Below the pieces are notes generated by a model. It ran no database searches. It worked only from the letters and a program-made list of their open reading frames with translations, and was not told where the DNA came from. This document shows, one piece after another, positions 13,869 through 22,752 of a DNA stretch of 24,000 nucleotides. Position 1 is the stretch's first letter; each line of letters opens with the position of its first letter. Made by a program: the position numbers and the translations under genes. Source of the DNA: Methanospirillum sp. (GTDB lineage Archaea; Halobacteriota; Methanomicrobia; Methanomicrobiales; Methanospirillaceae); assembly GCA_035561295.1 (NCBI GenBank), contig DATMXW010000029.1, forward strand, positions 12,669-36,668, written 5' to 3'.

Positions 13869-15824
13869 ATGATGATGAAATCAACAGTCGCTATTATATG
13901 TACTCTCATTCTGATCATGACCGTGGGATTCTCCGGAGCAGAGAATAGTACTCCATCAGCGGATTCACCCACCAAAATATCCTCAAATGGGACAGTGCTT
14001 GCGGTCTACATGATAGGAAGTAATCTTGAGTTTGATCCTCAGGATCCGTCCCAGGGTGGAGCGGCTACCAAGGATATCAAGGAGATGGTGATGGGGTATG
14101 GTAACAAAACCGGGAACCTTGATGTATTGATCGGGTATGGAGGATCCTTAAAACCAGGATGGAAAGGGATCACGTATGTTACCCTCGGGCAGGTGCGAGA
14201 GGATCTCTCTGATGGGGTAATTGGAAACAGCCAGGCTATCCAGTTTAAAGACGAGAACGCGGATATGACCGAACCCAAAACCCTTACTTCATTCTTACAG
14301 TATACAAAAGAGCAATATCCGGGTGCACGGGTATTGCTGGTATTCTGGGACCACGGGAGTGCCTGGGAAGGGTTTGGTATAGATGATAACTTTCATGACA
14401 GGGCAACTGGAGATTATCATTTAATTCCACCACAGGATATTGCAGCAGCACTGAAAAACTCAAACGTCCATGCTGATCTGATAGGATTTGACGCATGTTT
14501 GATGGCAAATATGGATGTTGCTCTGAGTATTGCGCCATATGGTGACGTCCTTGTCTCCTCTGAAGATCTGGAGCCAGGATTTGGCTGGGACTGGAAAACA
14601 TTTCTTCAGCGATTATCAGCAAATCCTTCGCTGACTGCAGAAGAACTGGGTACGATAATTGTTGATGCATACATTGACAATCCCGCTCATACTGATACAG
14701 GAAAGACACTATCAGTCATAAGACTGGCCAATGTCCAGGAGCTCTCAGACAAATTTGATTCGTTCTCGGAGGTGCTCAGCACTGAACTTACTGATGAGAA
14801 GAAGTTCAAACTGATGGCTGCGTCTATTAATAGAGTGAAAGCATTTGGAACATATCCAATTCTGAAAAGTGGAGAGACCGGGGAGACAACGATCGATCTG
14901 AAGGATTATCTCACCTCTATCGCGAAATATAATCCGGATAAGAGAAGTGATGTCCAGGTTATCCAGTCGCTCTTAAATAACACAGTAGCATACAGTCGTG
15001 AAGATGGGAGCCGCCCCTTCTCAAACGGGATCTCGATATATTCCCCATATACTGCCATCCTGGCATCAGATAATAAAGCCAAAAGAACTGAACGGCGAGG
15101 ATCAGGCTTTGAATTGTTTTTAGATCTCTTTGCACAATCTGCTAAGAGCTCAAAACTTGCACCCCAGATTATTCAGGATCGTGGAGGGTATACCGTTGAT
15201 GACAATGAAAGTTACACCATCGGCCTGACATTTCTACAAAATATTCCTGAAGGGGTGATATATCTGGGCACTGAACCTGCATATCCAGACAAACCAGGAC
15301 ATTATCCTTTCCCAAAATGGGGAGGATGGGGCCTGATGTGGAAGGATAAGAAAACAGATAAAAGTCTGGTCTGCCCGGTTGAATTTGTGGGATATACATC
15401 AAAGGGAAGAGAACGATATACTGCATGGGGAGCCGTAACCCGTGGCGATATGAAGAAGAATCTTAAATTTGACTTCTATTATGAACCTAAAACCGGCGAT
15501 ACCGAGTACTATGTAGTGCCGTATCAGGGAACAGGATCTTCGACCATCTATGATCGATCAGTGTTTAAATTTGTCCCGGGTGATATTCTCACCATGACCG
15601 CAAAGTATCGGCTCAAGACATTGTCAGAAGAACGGCGTGAATATGGATCAATCACCTGGACTGACCAGACCGCCATCGGGTATGGAATGCTTCCCTGTGG
15701 TAACTACACCATCATGTTTGATGTAGAAAATGTGGCACGGAAAATTGTATACCAGGATACCAAAGAAGTCCCGGTTGTGTGCGGTGAAGGAGTACCAGCG
15801 GAGAACGTAACCCCCGTGTCATAA
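13869..15824 (+). CDS. secreted clostripain-like cysteine peptidase (MEROPS C11 family), paralog A, with ~200-aa C-terminal extension
   Basis: I chose the ATG at 13869 (MMMKSTVAIICTLILIMTVGFSGA signal peptide) over the TTG at 13836. C11 hallmarks: VLAVYMIGSNLE...DIKEM at the N-terminus, catalytic His in LLVFWDHGSAWEGFG (CAC 14352-14354) and catalytic Cys in LIGFDACLMANM (TGT 14496-14498). Confidence 0.85.
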   Translation: MMMKSTVAIICTLILIMTVGFSGAENSTPSADSPTKISSNGTVLAVYMIGSNLEFDPQDPSQGGAATKDIKEMVMGYGNKTGNLDVLIGYGGSLKPGWKGITYVTLGQVREDLSDGVIGNSQAIQFKDENADMTEPKTLTSFLQYTKEQYPGARVLLVFWDHGSAWEGFGIDDNFHDRATGDYHLIPPQDIAAALKNSNVHADLIGFDACLMANMDVALSIAPYGDVLVSSEDLEPGFGWDWKTFLQRLSANPSLTAEELGTIIVDAYIDNPAHTDTGKTLSVIRLANVQELSDKFDSFSEVLSTELTDEKKFKLMAASINRVKAFGTYPILKSGETGETTIDLKDYLTSIAKYNPDKRSDVQVIQSLLNNTVAYSREDGSRPFSNGISIYSPYTAILASDNKAKRTERRGSGFELFLDLFAQSAKSSKLAPQIIQDRGGYTVDDNESYTIGLTFLQNIPEGVIYLGTEPAYPDKPGHYPFPKWGGWGLMWKDKKTDKSLVCPVEFVGYTSKGRERYTAWGAVTRGDMKKNLKFDFYYEPKTGDTEYYVVPYQGTGSSTIYDRSVFKFVPGDILTMTAKYRLKTLSEERREYGSITWTDQTAIGYGMLPCGNYTIMFDVENVARKIVYQDTKEVPVVCGEGVPAENVTPVS

Positions 15825-15868
15825 CGATGCCTCACCGTGTCATTTTTTCTCTTTTTGAGAGGTCAGGT

Positions 15869-17755
15869 ATGAAAAAAATATATCTTTTTGCAGTTTTTCT
15901 GTGTTTACTCGGAGTGATTCCGGGTTTGGCACAGCCCACGGACGGGGGAATCACTCCCAAGACAGTTCTTGGCGTATATATGATTGGGAGTGATCTTGAG
16001 TATGATACTGCAATGACACCGCAGGAGAACTCAGTTCGAAAAGAAGCGGCCACGACTGATATCAGGGAGATGCTCCAGGGATGGGGAACAGGAACTCAGG
16101 ACCTCCAGGTTGTCGTTGCGTACGGAGGTGCACAAAAGGAAGGCTGGAAAGGGATGACCATCGCAACAATCCCGGATCTCATCGCTGATGATGAGAATGA
16201 GATTATTGGAGATACCCCCGGACAGTATCAAAGACGAGAAAATATAAATATGGGCTCACCGGAGGGTCTTGGCTCATTCCTCACCTTTTTACAAGGGACA
16301 TATCCTGAGAGCCGTCTTATTCTCGTCCTCTGGGATCATGGGAATGCCTATCTTGGATATGGCAGAGATGATAACTATGAGGGATCGCAGATGAGTCTTG
16401 CGGACCTTCAGAGAGGTCTTGGATCCTGGAATGGATCTATTGAGATACTCGGATTTGACGCATGCAATATGGCAAACGTTGAGGTTGCCAGATCCATCTC
16501 CCCGTACGCACGATATATGGTCGCATCTGAAGAGTCTGAACCGGATCATGGATGGGACTATACAGATTTAGTATCAACACTGATCAACGATCCTGAAATT
16601 TCAAGTGAATCCCTCGGCAGAGCAATTATTGATGCATATAGTACTAACCCGGATCATCAAAAGGGTTCTTTAACGCTCTCCCTGATTGATCTCTCAAAAA
16701 CCAGGGAAATGATCTCACATCTGGGAGCGTTTGCACAAAAACTCGAGGATATAAGTGGTGACCAGTCCGGGTACTCAGCAATATCACGGGTTATCGGCCG
16801 TCTGAATGGTATCGGGAGAAGCAGAGATGATCAGAGTCGTGATGTTGAACTGCTGGTTGATCTCCAGGCATTGTCACGAATTTCAGGTGAAGAGATCCCG
16901 TCAATACAACCAGATGTTGATCGTCTGAATACAGCATTTCATTCGTATGTATTGTATTCACGCCAGGATACTCCGCTCAAACAGATATCTGGGCTCGGTA
17001 TTTTTTCACCGATTATGGCAAATTACCAGGAATGGAAAGGAAAGATAAGCCCAGGGACAGTACTGGATATCACTCCGGAATGGACATCCTTCATCACATC
17101 GCTCGCTTCACAGATTGACAAGGATACCGTTGCACCAGAGGTTACCAAATCAGGAGACGGGTACAAGGTTATAGATGATGGATATACCCTGGTGACCTAC
17201 GTCTTCTACCAGATTCGCCCTGATGGCAGACAGGTGGTTCTGGCCCAGGAACCGGCTGAACCTGATGATACCGGATTATATCCTGCACCAGACTGGAATG
17301 GAGCGGGTATCTATCTTACCGATGGGACCACATCTATTGTCCTTCCCGTGTATTACGTTGATGCCAGTGATGATGGGGTTCAGTTATATTATGCATGGGG
17401 AACACTTCAACAGGGTGCAAAGAAGAGTTATATCAGGATTGATCTCTGGTATGATCCCACAACCACCAGACTCTCCTGGTCTATAAATCCATATGAAATG
17501 AGAGATGGCAGACAGGAGTTTGATCGGGCCTCTCCCCAGCTCTATGCAGGGGATGTCCTGTCAGCCTATACCATCACTCTTGACTCATCAGGAGCGACGA
17601 AATGGGAGCAGACCGGTTCAATAACCTGGAAGGAAGGAACTACAGTCAGGCATCAGAAGATGCCCTGTGGAGAGTATGGTTTACAGATTCTGGCAACAGA
17701 TCTCAATGAGAATACCGGAGAATCTGAGATCATTCCATACAAGATACCCTGTTGA
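15869..17755 (+). CDS. secreted clostripain-like cysteine peptidase (C11), paralog B
   Basis: I preferred the ATG at 15869 (MKKIYLFAVFLCLLGVIPGLAQP signal peptide, with gagaggtcaggt upstream). The ORF-track ATG at 15827 is an alternative. His in LILVLWDHGNAYLGYG (CAT 16337-16339) and Cys in ILGFDACNMANV (TGC 16463-16465). Confidence 0.85.
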   Translation: MKKIYLFAVFLCLLGVIPGLAQPTDGGITPKTVLGVYMIGSDLEYDTAMTPQENSVRKEAATTDIREMLQGWGTGTQDLQVVVAYGGAQKEGWKGMTIATIPDLIADDENEIIGDTPGQYQRRENINMGSPEGLGSFLTFLQGTYPESRLILVLWDHGNAYLGYGRDDNYEGSQMSLADLQRGLGSWNGSIEILGFDACNMANVEVARSISPYARYMVASEESEPDHGWDYTDLVSTLINDPEISSESLGRAIIDAYSTNPDHQKGSLTLSLIDLSKTREMISHLGAFAQKLEDISGDQSGYSAISRVIGRLNGIGRSRDDQSRDVELLVDLQALSRISGEEIPSIQPDVDRLNTAFHSYVLYSRQDTPLKQISGLGIFSPIMANYQEWKGKISPGTVLDITPEWTSFITSLASQIDKDTVAPEVTKSGDGYKVIDDGYTLVTYVFYQIRPDGRQVVLAQEPAEPDDTGLYPAPDWNGAGIYLTDGTTSIVLPVYYVDASDDGVQLYYAWGTLQQGAKKSYIRIDLWYDPTTTRLSWSINPYEMRDGRQEFDRASPQLYAGDVLSAYTITLDSSGATKWEQTGSITWKEGTTVRHQKMPCGEYGLQILATDLNENTGESEIIPYKIPC

Positions 17756-17771
17756 AAGAGAAAGAGAGAGA

Positions 17772-17785
17772 TTCTTTTATTTTTT
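17772..17785 (+). terminator. T-rich tract (TTCTTTTATTTTTT) 17-30 nt after the C11-B stop; terminator candidate in a convergent gene junction
   Basis: It overlaps the last codons (KK*) of the convergent TPR gene. Only 21 nt separate the two stop codons. Confidence 0.3.
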
Positions 17786-19516
17786 CAGGCTCTTTTTTGC
17801 CTTTTCCAGGGAGTCTTTTGCATATTGAAGACTGGGATCCAGATCAACAGTTTTTTCATAATATATGAGAGCTTCAGATACTTTGCCCAGTTTCTCCAGG
17901 GCATATCCCTTCACGTACCATGCATGAGCAAGTGTCGGGTCAAGCCCTATTGCAACATCCGCAGATGATATCGCATCAGAATATTGTTTCATATTATTGA
18001 AAGCAGCACCCTGCCCGGACCACATTCTGGCATTTTCAGGGTACGCTTTTACTGCTTCATCCATAACAGATAGAGATTCAGCAAATTTCCCTTCATCGTA
18101 GAGTGCAGAGGCGGTATCCCAGAACTCATCGGCGGTCTTAGTGGTCGAAGAAGGGTGAGCAGGTGACTCACTGGATTGGGCAGATGCTTGATCAGAGGTA
18201 CTCACACTCCCTGATTCTCCCATTGCCAGTTCAAGCGCCTGATCATATACTAATTCAGCCTCATCAGATCTTCCGAGGTTCTCCAGGATCGCTCCTTTTT
18301 TATAGTAACTATCAGTCAGTTGAGGATAGAGAGCAATGGCCTTATCACAGGCAAGTAGTCCTTGTTCATCCATCCGATTATGGGCAAACATCAGATAACT
18401 GTAAACAGCCTTCTCCCATTCTTCATCTGATTGAGGTTTTATGGTTCTGATGAGGGGATCTATCAGGGCATCAATGGTGGAGAAATCACCCCGGTTATCA
18501 AGGATATAGGGACTTAATGCAAACAGGAGTTGTTCCCATCTCCCGACCAGGAACTCTTCTTTCTCATCTGGATCCGGATTCTTGAAGTACCACTCCCAGA
18601 TTGGGAGGGTCCGGGTAAGATCAATATCAGGAGTCCAGTTAATCAGATATTTGACCAGTGAGTACCCATCACCACTGGCAAAAGGATCATATTCAGGGTA
18701 CTGATCTTTTAATGATGAGAGAACCTGCAAAGCTTCATCAGGGTTCTTCTCGTCAATATAGATCTTTGTGAGATCAAAGTAGGAGCAACTTCTATCTGGA
18801 TGATAGGTCAAATCCTTTTTAAACGCCTCGATAGCAGGATCTAATTGATCATCTGCTTCCAGGGCCACCCCCCGCACAAACCAGACATCTTTGTTTTCAG
18901 GATCAAGGGCAAGGATCTCGGTGGTTAAATCAAATGCTTTATCCAAATCGCCGGAATTTCCAGAAAATGCTAATATATCAGCCTTCAAACTCATGGCGTC
19001 TACATTGTTATCCTTTAATGTGAGTGCTTTTTCAGCAGAAGCGATGCCATCATTCCATTTTCGCAGATAATATTGCGCACGACCTTTATTCACCCATATT
19101 TTCCAGTCGCCGGGGATCTGCTTTTCAGCCTCTGAGAAGACAGAGAGTGCTTCTTCGTATTGTTCCAGATAGAGCAGGGCTGACATCTTCCCGTTCCATG
19201 CATTCACACTTTTCTGATCTGCAGAGAGTGCCGAGTCATACGCACTGATTGCCTCCTGATAAGATCCCCGGAGGACGAGTTGATCACCGATATCAGTCCA
19301 GTCTTCTGTTTTTTGCGAACTCTCAACCGGTTTTTGATCGCTCTCTCCGCTTTGAGGTGTCTGGGTAATTGAGCCAGTTGGTAATACGATATTCTCATTA
19401 AGGATTGCTCCAGAGAAAAGCCCTTTGGAAGGTCCGCAGCCTGCCAGGACAGGAGTGGTAAAAATGAGCAATGCAAGAAATATGACTGAAAAAATGTGAG
19501 TTCTATTGTTCCCCAT
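17777..19516 (-). CDS. TPR repeat protein with lipobox-like signal peptide (putative lipoprotein), paralog 1
   Basis: N-terminus MGNNRTHIFSVIFLALLIFTTPVLAG|CGPSKGLFSG (Cys27). Multiple TPR units (GSYQEAISAYDSALSADQKSVNAW...), then a middle non-TPR region containing LPIWEWYF, an S/T-rich linker (GESGSVSTSDQASAQSSESPAHPSSTT), and three more C-terminal TPRs. Confidence 0.85.
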   Translation of the reverse strand: MGNNRTHIFSVIFLALLIFTTPVLAGCGPSKGLFSGAILNENIVLPTGSITQTPQSGESDQKPVESSQKTEDWTDIGDQLVLRGSYQEAISAYDSALSADQKSVNAWNGKMSALLYLEQYEEALSVFSEAEKQIPGDWKIWVNKGRAQYYLRKWNDGIASAEKALTLKDNNVDAMSLKADILAFSGNSGDLDKAFDLTTEILALDPENKDVWFVRGVALEADDQLDPAIEAFKKDLTYHPDRSCSYFDLTKIYIDEKNPDEALQVLSSLKDQYPEYDPFASGDGYSLVKYLINWTPDIDLTRTLPIWEWYFKNPDPDEKEEFLVGRWEQLLFALSPYILDNRGDFSTIDALIDPLIRTIKPQSDEEWEKAVYSYLMFAHNRMDEQGLLACDKAIALYPQLTDSYYKKGAILENLGRSDEAELVYDQALELAMGESGSVSTSDQASAQSSESPAHPSSTTKTADEFWDTASALYDEGKFAESLSVMDEAVKAYPENARMWSGQGAAFNNMKQYSDAISSADVAIGLDPTLAHAWYVKGYALEKLGKVSEALIYYEKTVDLDPSLQYAKDSLEKAKKSLKK

Positions 19517-19811
19517 ATTGTGTAGTATGAGGTATGAATACTTATTTGTTACATAATTATCGAGTACTTATAATCTGTTCTCTCTTTACATATACCCAGG
19601 GAAACCCTGCGAATCCTCTATTACCAAGATTCAGGATCAGAGCATGGATAGGATGACCATATATAATTGGCCGTCCCGACTCCAGATATACGAACCTGTA
19701 ATTAATCCCTCACCCGTCAAAAAACCAGTAGATATCCCCATTTCCTCCTTTTGACTGAACGATAAAACTCACGCCATAAGATGTATCAGGCTAATCACCC
19801 CATATATACCT

Positions 19812-20492
19812 ATGAATCCAGGTACGAAACCGTCTTCCCCCCCACCCCAATCTCCTGATGATATACAGCATCTTACCTTTGAAAAAGTATGGCTGATGTT
19901 CCAGGAGACTGATCGGAAATTCCAGGAGACCGATAAAAAGTTTCAGGAGACTGATAGGAAGTTTCAGGAAACACAGAACGCACTTGCTGAACAGACAAGA
20001 GAGACAAATCAAAAGATTCAGGAGACGAATATTCAGATTCGAGAAACGTCACGAGAGATCTCAAAAGTAGAGCGTCAATTTAACTCATTATGGGGAAAAT
20101 TCGTTGAATCACTCGTGGAAGGAGATCTGGTACGATTGCTGAATGAGAAGCAGATTCCAGTCAGTCGCACATATCAACGAATATCAGGGCGAAAAGAAGA
20201 GGTTAATTATGAGTTTGATATCATTGCCGCTAACGGTGATGAGATCGTTGTAGTGGAAGTAAAAACAACCATGAAATCTGATGCAATAAAACACTTCTTA
20301 TCTAAACTGGAACAGATCAAGGTATGGATACCTGAATTTAAGGATAAGGCAATTTACGGGGCTGTTGCATTTATCCACACCGAAGAGAATGTTCTCACCC
20401 ATGCAGAACGCAGTGGGCTGTTTATCATCAAAGCTACCGGAAATAGTGCCAATATTATCAATACTGATGGGTTTGTTCCAACAACCTATTAG
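19812..20492 (+). CDS. DUF3782-like coiled-coil plus PD-(D/E)XK nuclease-fold protein
   Basis: The N-terminal heptad repeats FQETD(R/K)K continue as a Q/E/T-rich coiled coil. The C-terminal block ...NYEFDIIAANGDEIVVVEVKTT... fits a D...E-x-K nuclease-like motif. The overall layout matches my recollection of the DUF3782 family. The start is uncertain (alternative Met29 at 19896). Confidence 0.65.
   Translation: MNPGTKPSSPPPQSPDDIQHLTFEKVWLMFQETDRKFQETDKKFQETDRKFQETQNALAEQTRETNQKIQETNIQIRETSREISKVERQFNSLWGKFVESLVEGDLVRLLNEKQIPVSRTYQRISGRKEEVNYEFDIIAANGDEIVVVEVKTTMKSDAIKHFLSKLEQIKVWIPEFKDKAIYGAVAFIHTEENVLTHAERSGLFIIKATGNSANIINTDGFVPTTY
19899..19974 (+). repeat. 21-bp in-frame tandem repeat, about 3.6 units (ttccaggagactgatcggaaa / ttccaggagaccgataaaaag / tttcaggagactgataggaag / tttcaggaaacac)
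   Basis: Read directly from the sequence. It encodes FQETDRK FQETDKK FQETDRK FQET.... Confidence 0.9.
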
Positions 20493-20502
20493 GTACAATA
20501 CC

Positions 20503-20528
20503 TTTTTCGTCCGTTTACACACTTTTTT
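20503..20528 (+). terminator. oligo-T terminator candidates (T5 at 20503-20507, T6 at 20523-20528) after the DUF3782-like gene
   Basis: They lie 11 and 31 nt downstream of the TAG at 20490-20492. Confidence 0.4.
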
Positions 20529-20713
20529 GATGTTCCTGGATCACCACAGGTTTTTCCTCCATCGGCAGAGCCATACACAATTCGCTGTTGCTTTGCAAAT
20601 AACTATATAGTAAAACAGTAAACAATGAATCAGGACATATCTAAAATTCACCCAATGAGAGGATTATCTCAGTTCTCTTCCATTTTCAGCGATGAAAATT
20701 TGATGGAATTATT

Positions 20714-22657
20714 ATGATTTTTAAAGAGAAGATTTTTTTATGCCGCCTGTGTTCAGCCTCTATCCTTCTCCTGATACTCCTGGTAGTTCTCTGTGCACTC
20801 CCGGTATCGGCAGTGGAGAAACCATCAACGGTTCTTGCTGCATATATGATCGGGAGTAATCTTGAGTACGATGAGGATCTCTCATCTGAAGATAATATGC
20901 TCAGAAAAGAGGCAGTAACCAAGGATATTACTGAGCTGCTCAAAGGATATGCCAGGGGATCCTCTGATCTTGAGGTGGTGGTCGCCTATGGAGGTTCTAA
21001 AAAAACCGGCTGGGATGCAATGACTATTGCCACCATCGAAGATCTCTCCAAGGATATGGAGAACGGTGTTATCGGTGATTCATCAGGGTTTTACCAGAAC
21101 AGGAAAGTCCTGGATATGGGATCCGGAGACGGTGTAGGCACGTTTCTTGAGTTTCTGGGAAAGAAATATCCAGACAGCAGAATCATTCTCATCTTTTCTG
21201 ATCATGGGTTTGCATATGAGGGATTTGGGAAAGATGATAATTATGAGAAGAGCAGGATTTACCCGGATATGTTGGCCAGGGAGTTCCAAAAAGCGGGAAT
21301 CAAGATCGACCTCGTCGGGTTTGATGCCTGTTTTATGGCTAACCTCGAATTTCTAAAATATATTGCTCCAAATACCCGGTATGTGGTTGCCTCAGAAGAT
21401 ACCGAGCCTGATCACGGGTGGGATTATACCTATATCATCTCACTTCTCCAGCAGGATCCGGATATCACGGCCAAAGATCTAGGGATGAGAATCGTGGATT
21501 CATACATTGAGAACCCAAACCATCAGAAGGGTGCTCTCTCTTTATCATTGCTCGATCTCTCACGAATGGATGAGGTAACCGCTTCGTTTGAGACGTTTAC
21601 TTCAGCTCTTAAGCGATATGCACAGGAGCCTGATTCGTATCATGCAATATCAGAATGGCTCGGAAAACTCTCAGGGATCGGAACCAGTAAAGATAATCAG
21701 GGATACATCGAGAAGATGGTCGATCTGATTGCACTGACGCAGACCGCAGGCACAGAGATCAGTGCTGTTTCAGATGAGGCTGCAGCCCTCAATGAAGCAT
21801 TGAGTCCACCAAACGGGCTGGTTGCGTACTCCCGGCACGATACTCCGGTTTATCAGATACACGGGGTCGGTGTGTTCTCACCGGTTATGGCTAAACATGA
21901 TATGTTTTATGGAAAGATCACTGAAGAGTCATTCCTCAATATTTCACAGGGGTGGATTGTACTCTTAAATAATGTGGCAGACATGATCAAGAACGACACT
22001 ATCCCTCCTGAAGTGGTGAAGAACGGTGAGGGATACTCCATTGTAGAGGATGGATACACCCTTTCTACCAATGTATATTACCAGATACGGCCAGACTCAT
22101 CGATGGTTGTTCTGGGTCAGGAGCCATTAGAGATGGGCAGCCAGGACTCTTTCCAGGAGACAGAATGGAAAGGAAACGGAACGTACCTGACCGACTCGGT
22201 GACATCTTCACTTCTGCCGGTGTATTATGTTGAGACTGATGAGAAGGGGAACCAGTTGTATTACGCCTGGGGAGAGTTAAACCCGGGAAAAGGGGGCAGG
22301 TTTGTCAGGATGGATATCTGGCTCAACAGTGAGACCTCAGCAGTCCAATGGGTTATGAGACCATACTCAATAGATGATGAAGGTAGGGAAGAGTTCGAAC
22401 GCTCTGCTGCTACCCTGTATCCGGGTGATGTCCTGGTTGTCGGTTCCCAATTGATCGATAAAGACGGGAATTCTCTGGGATGGACCGAGATCGGCAGGGT
22501 GATATGGAGTGATGAGATGAGTATCCAGATATTACCGATGCCATGTGGAAGATATGGTACCCAGATTGTTGCGATTGATCTTGCCGGAAATGTAGGGGGA
22601 TCGGAGATTACAGAACAGGTTATCAATTGTTCTCCACAAGAGAAGGGATTTGCATGA
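20714..22657 (+). CDS. secreted clostripain-like cysteine peptidase (C11), paralog C
   Basis: Signal peptide ...ILLLILLVVLCALPVSA|VEKP. His in IILIFSDHGFAYEGFG (CAT 21203-21205) and Cys in LVGFDACFMANL (TGT 21329-21331). By eye, roughly half of the aligned residues are identical to paralog B along the full length. Confidence 0.85.
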   Translation: MIFKEKIFLCRLCSASILLLILLVVLCALPVSAVEKPSTVLAAYMIGSNLEYDEDLSSEDNMLRKEAVTKDITELLKGYARGSSDLEVVVAYGGSKKTGWDAMTIATIEDLSKDMENGVIGDSSGFYQNRKVLDMGSGDGVGTFLEFLGKKYPDSRIILIFSDHGFAYEGFGKDDNYEKSRIYPDMLAREFQKAGIKIDLVGFDACFMANLEFLKYIAPNTRYVVASEDTEPDHGWDYTYIISLLQQDPDITAKDLGMRIVDSYIENPNHQKGALSLSLLDLSRMDEVTASFETFTSALKRYAQEPDSYHAISEWLGKLSGIGTSKDNQGYIEKMVDLIALTQTAGTEISAVSDEAAALNEALSPPNGLVAYSRHDTPVYQIHGVGVFSPVMAKHDMFYGKITEESFLNISQGWIVLLNNVADMIKNDTIPPEVVKNGEGYSIVEDGYTLSTNVYYQIRPDSSMVVLGQEPLEMGSQDSFQETEWKGNGTYLTDSVTSSLLPVYYVETDEKGNQLYYAWGELNPGKGGRFVRMDIWLNSETSAVQWVMRPYSIDDEGREEFERSAATLYPGDVLVVGSQLIDKDGNSLGWTEIGRVIWSDEMSIQILPMPCGRYGTQIVAIDLAGNVGGSEITEQVINCSPQEKGFA

Positions 22658-22752
22658 ACCAATGGGGTATCATCACCGGGAATCCTGCTGATGGCATCGT
22701 CCGGGTTCAGCAGAAGGAAATGATGACTGAATACCTCACAGGAGACTGATTC

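Noticed and set aside
19899-19974. 21-bp direct repeats as a possible mini-CRISPR or other non-coding array
   Set aside because: The repeats are contiguous with no spacers. They are in frame and encode a heptad coiled-coil inside a long ORF. No cas genes are nearby.
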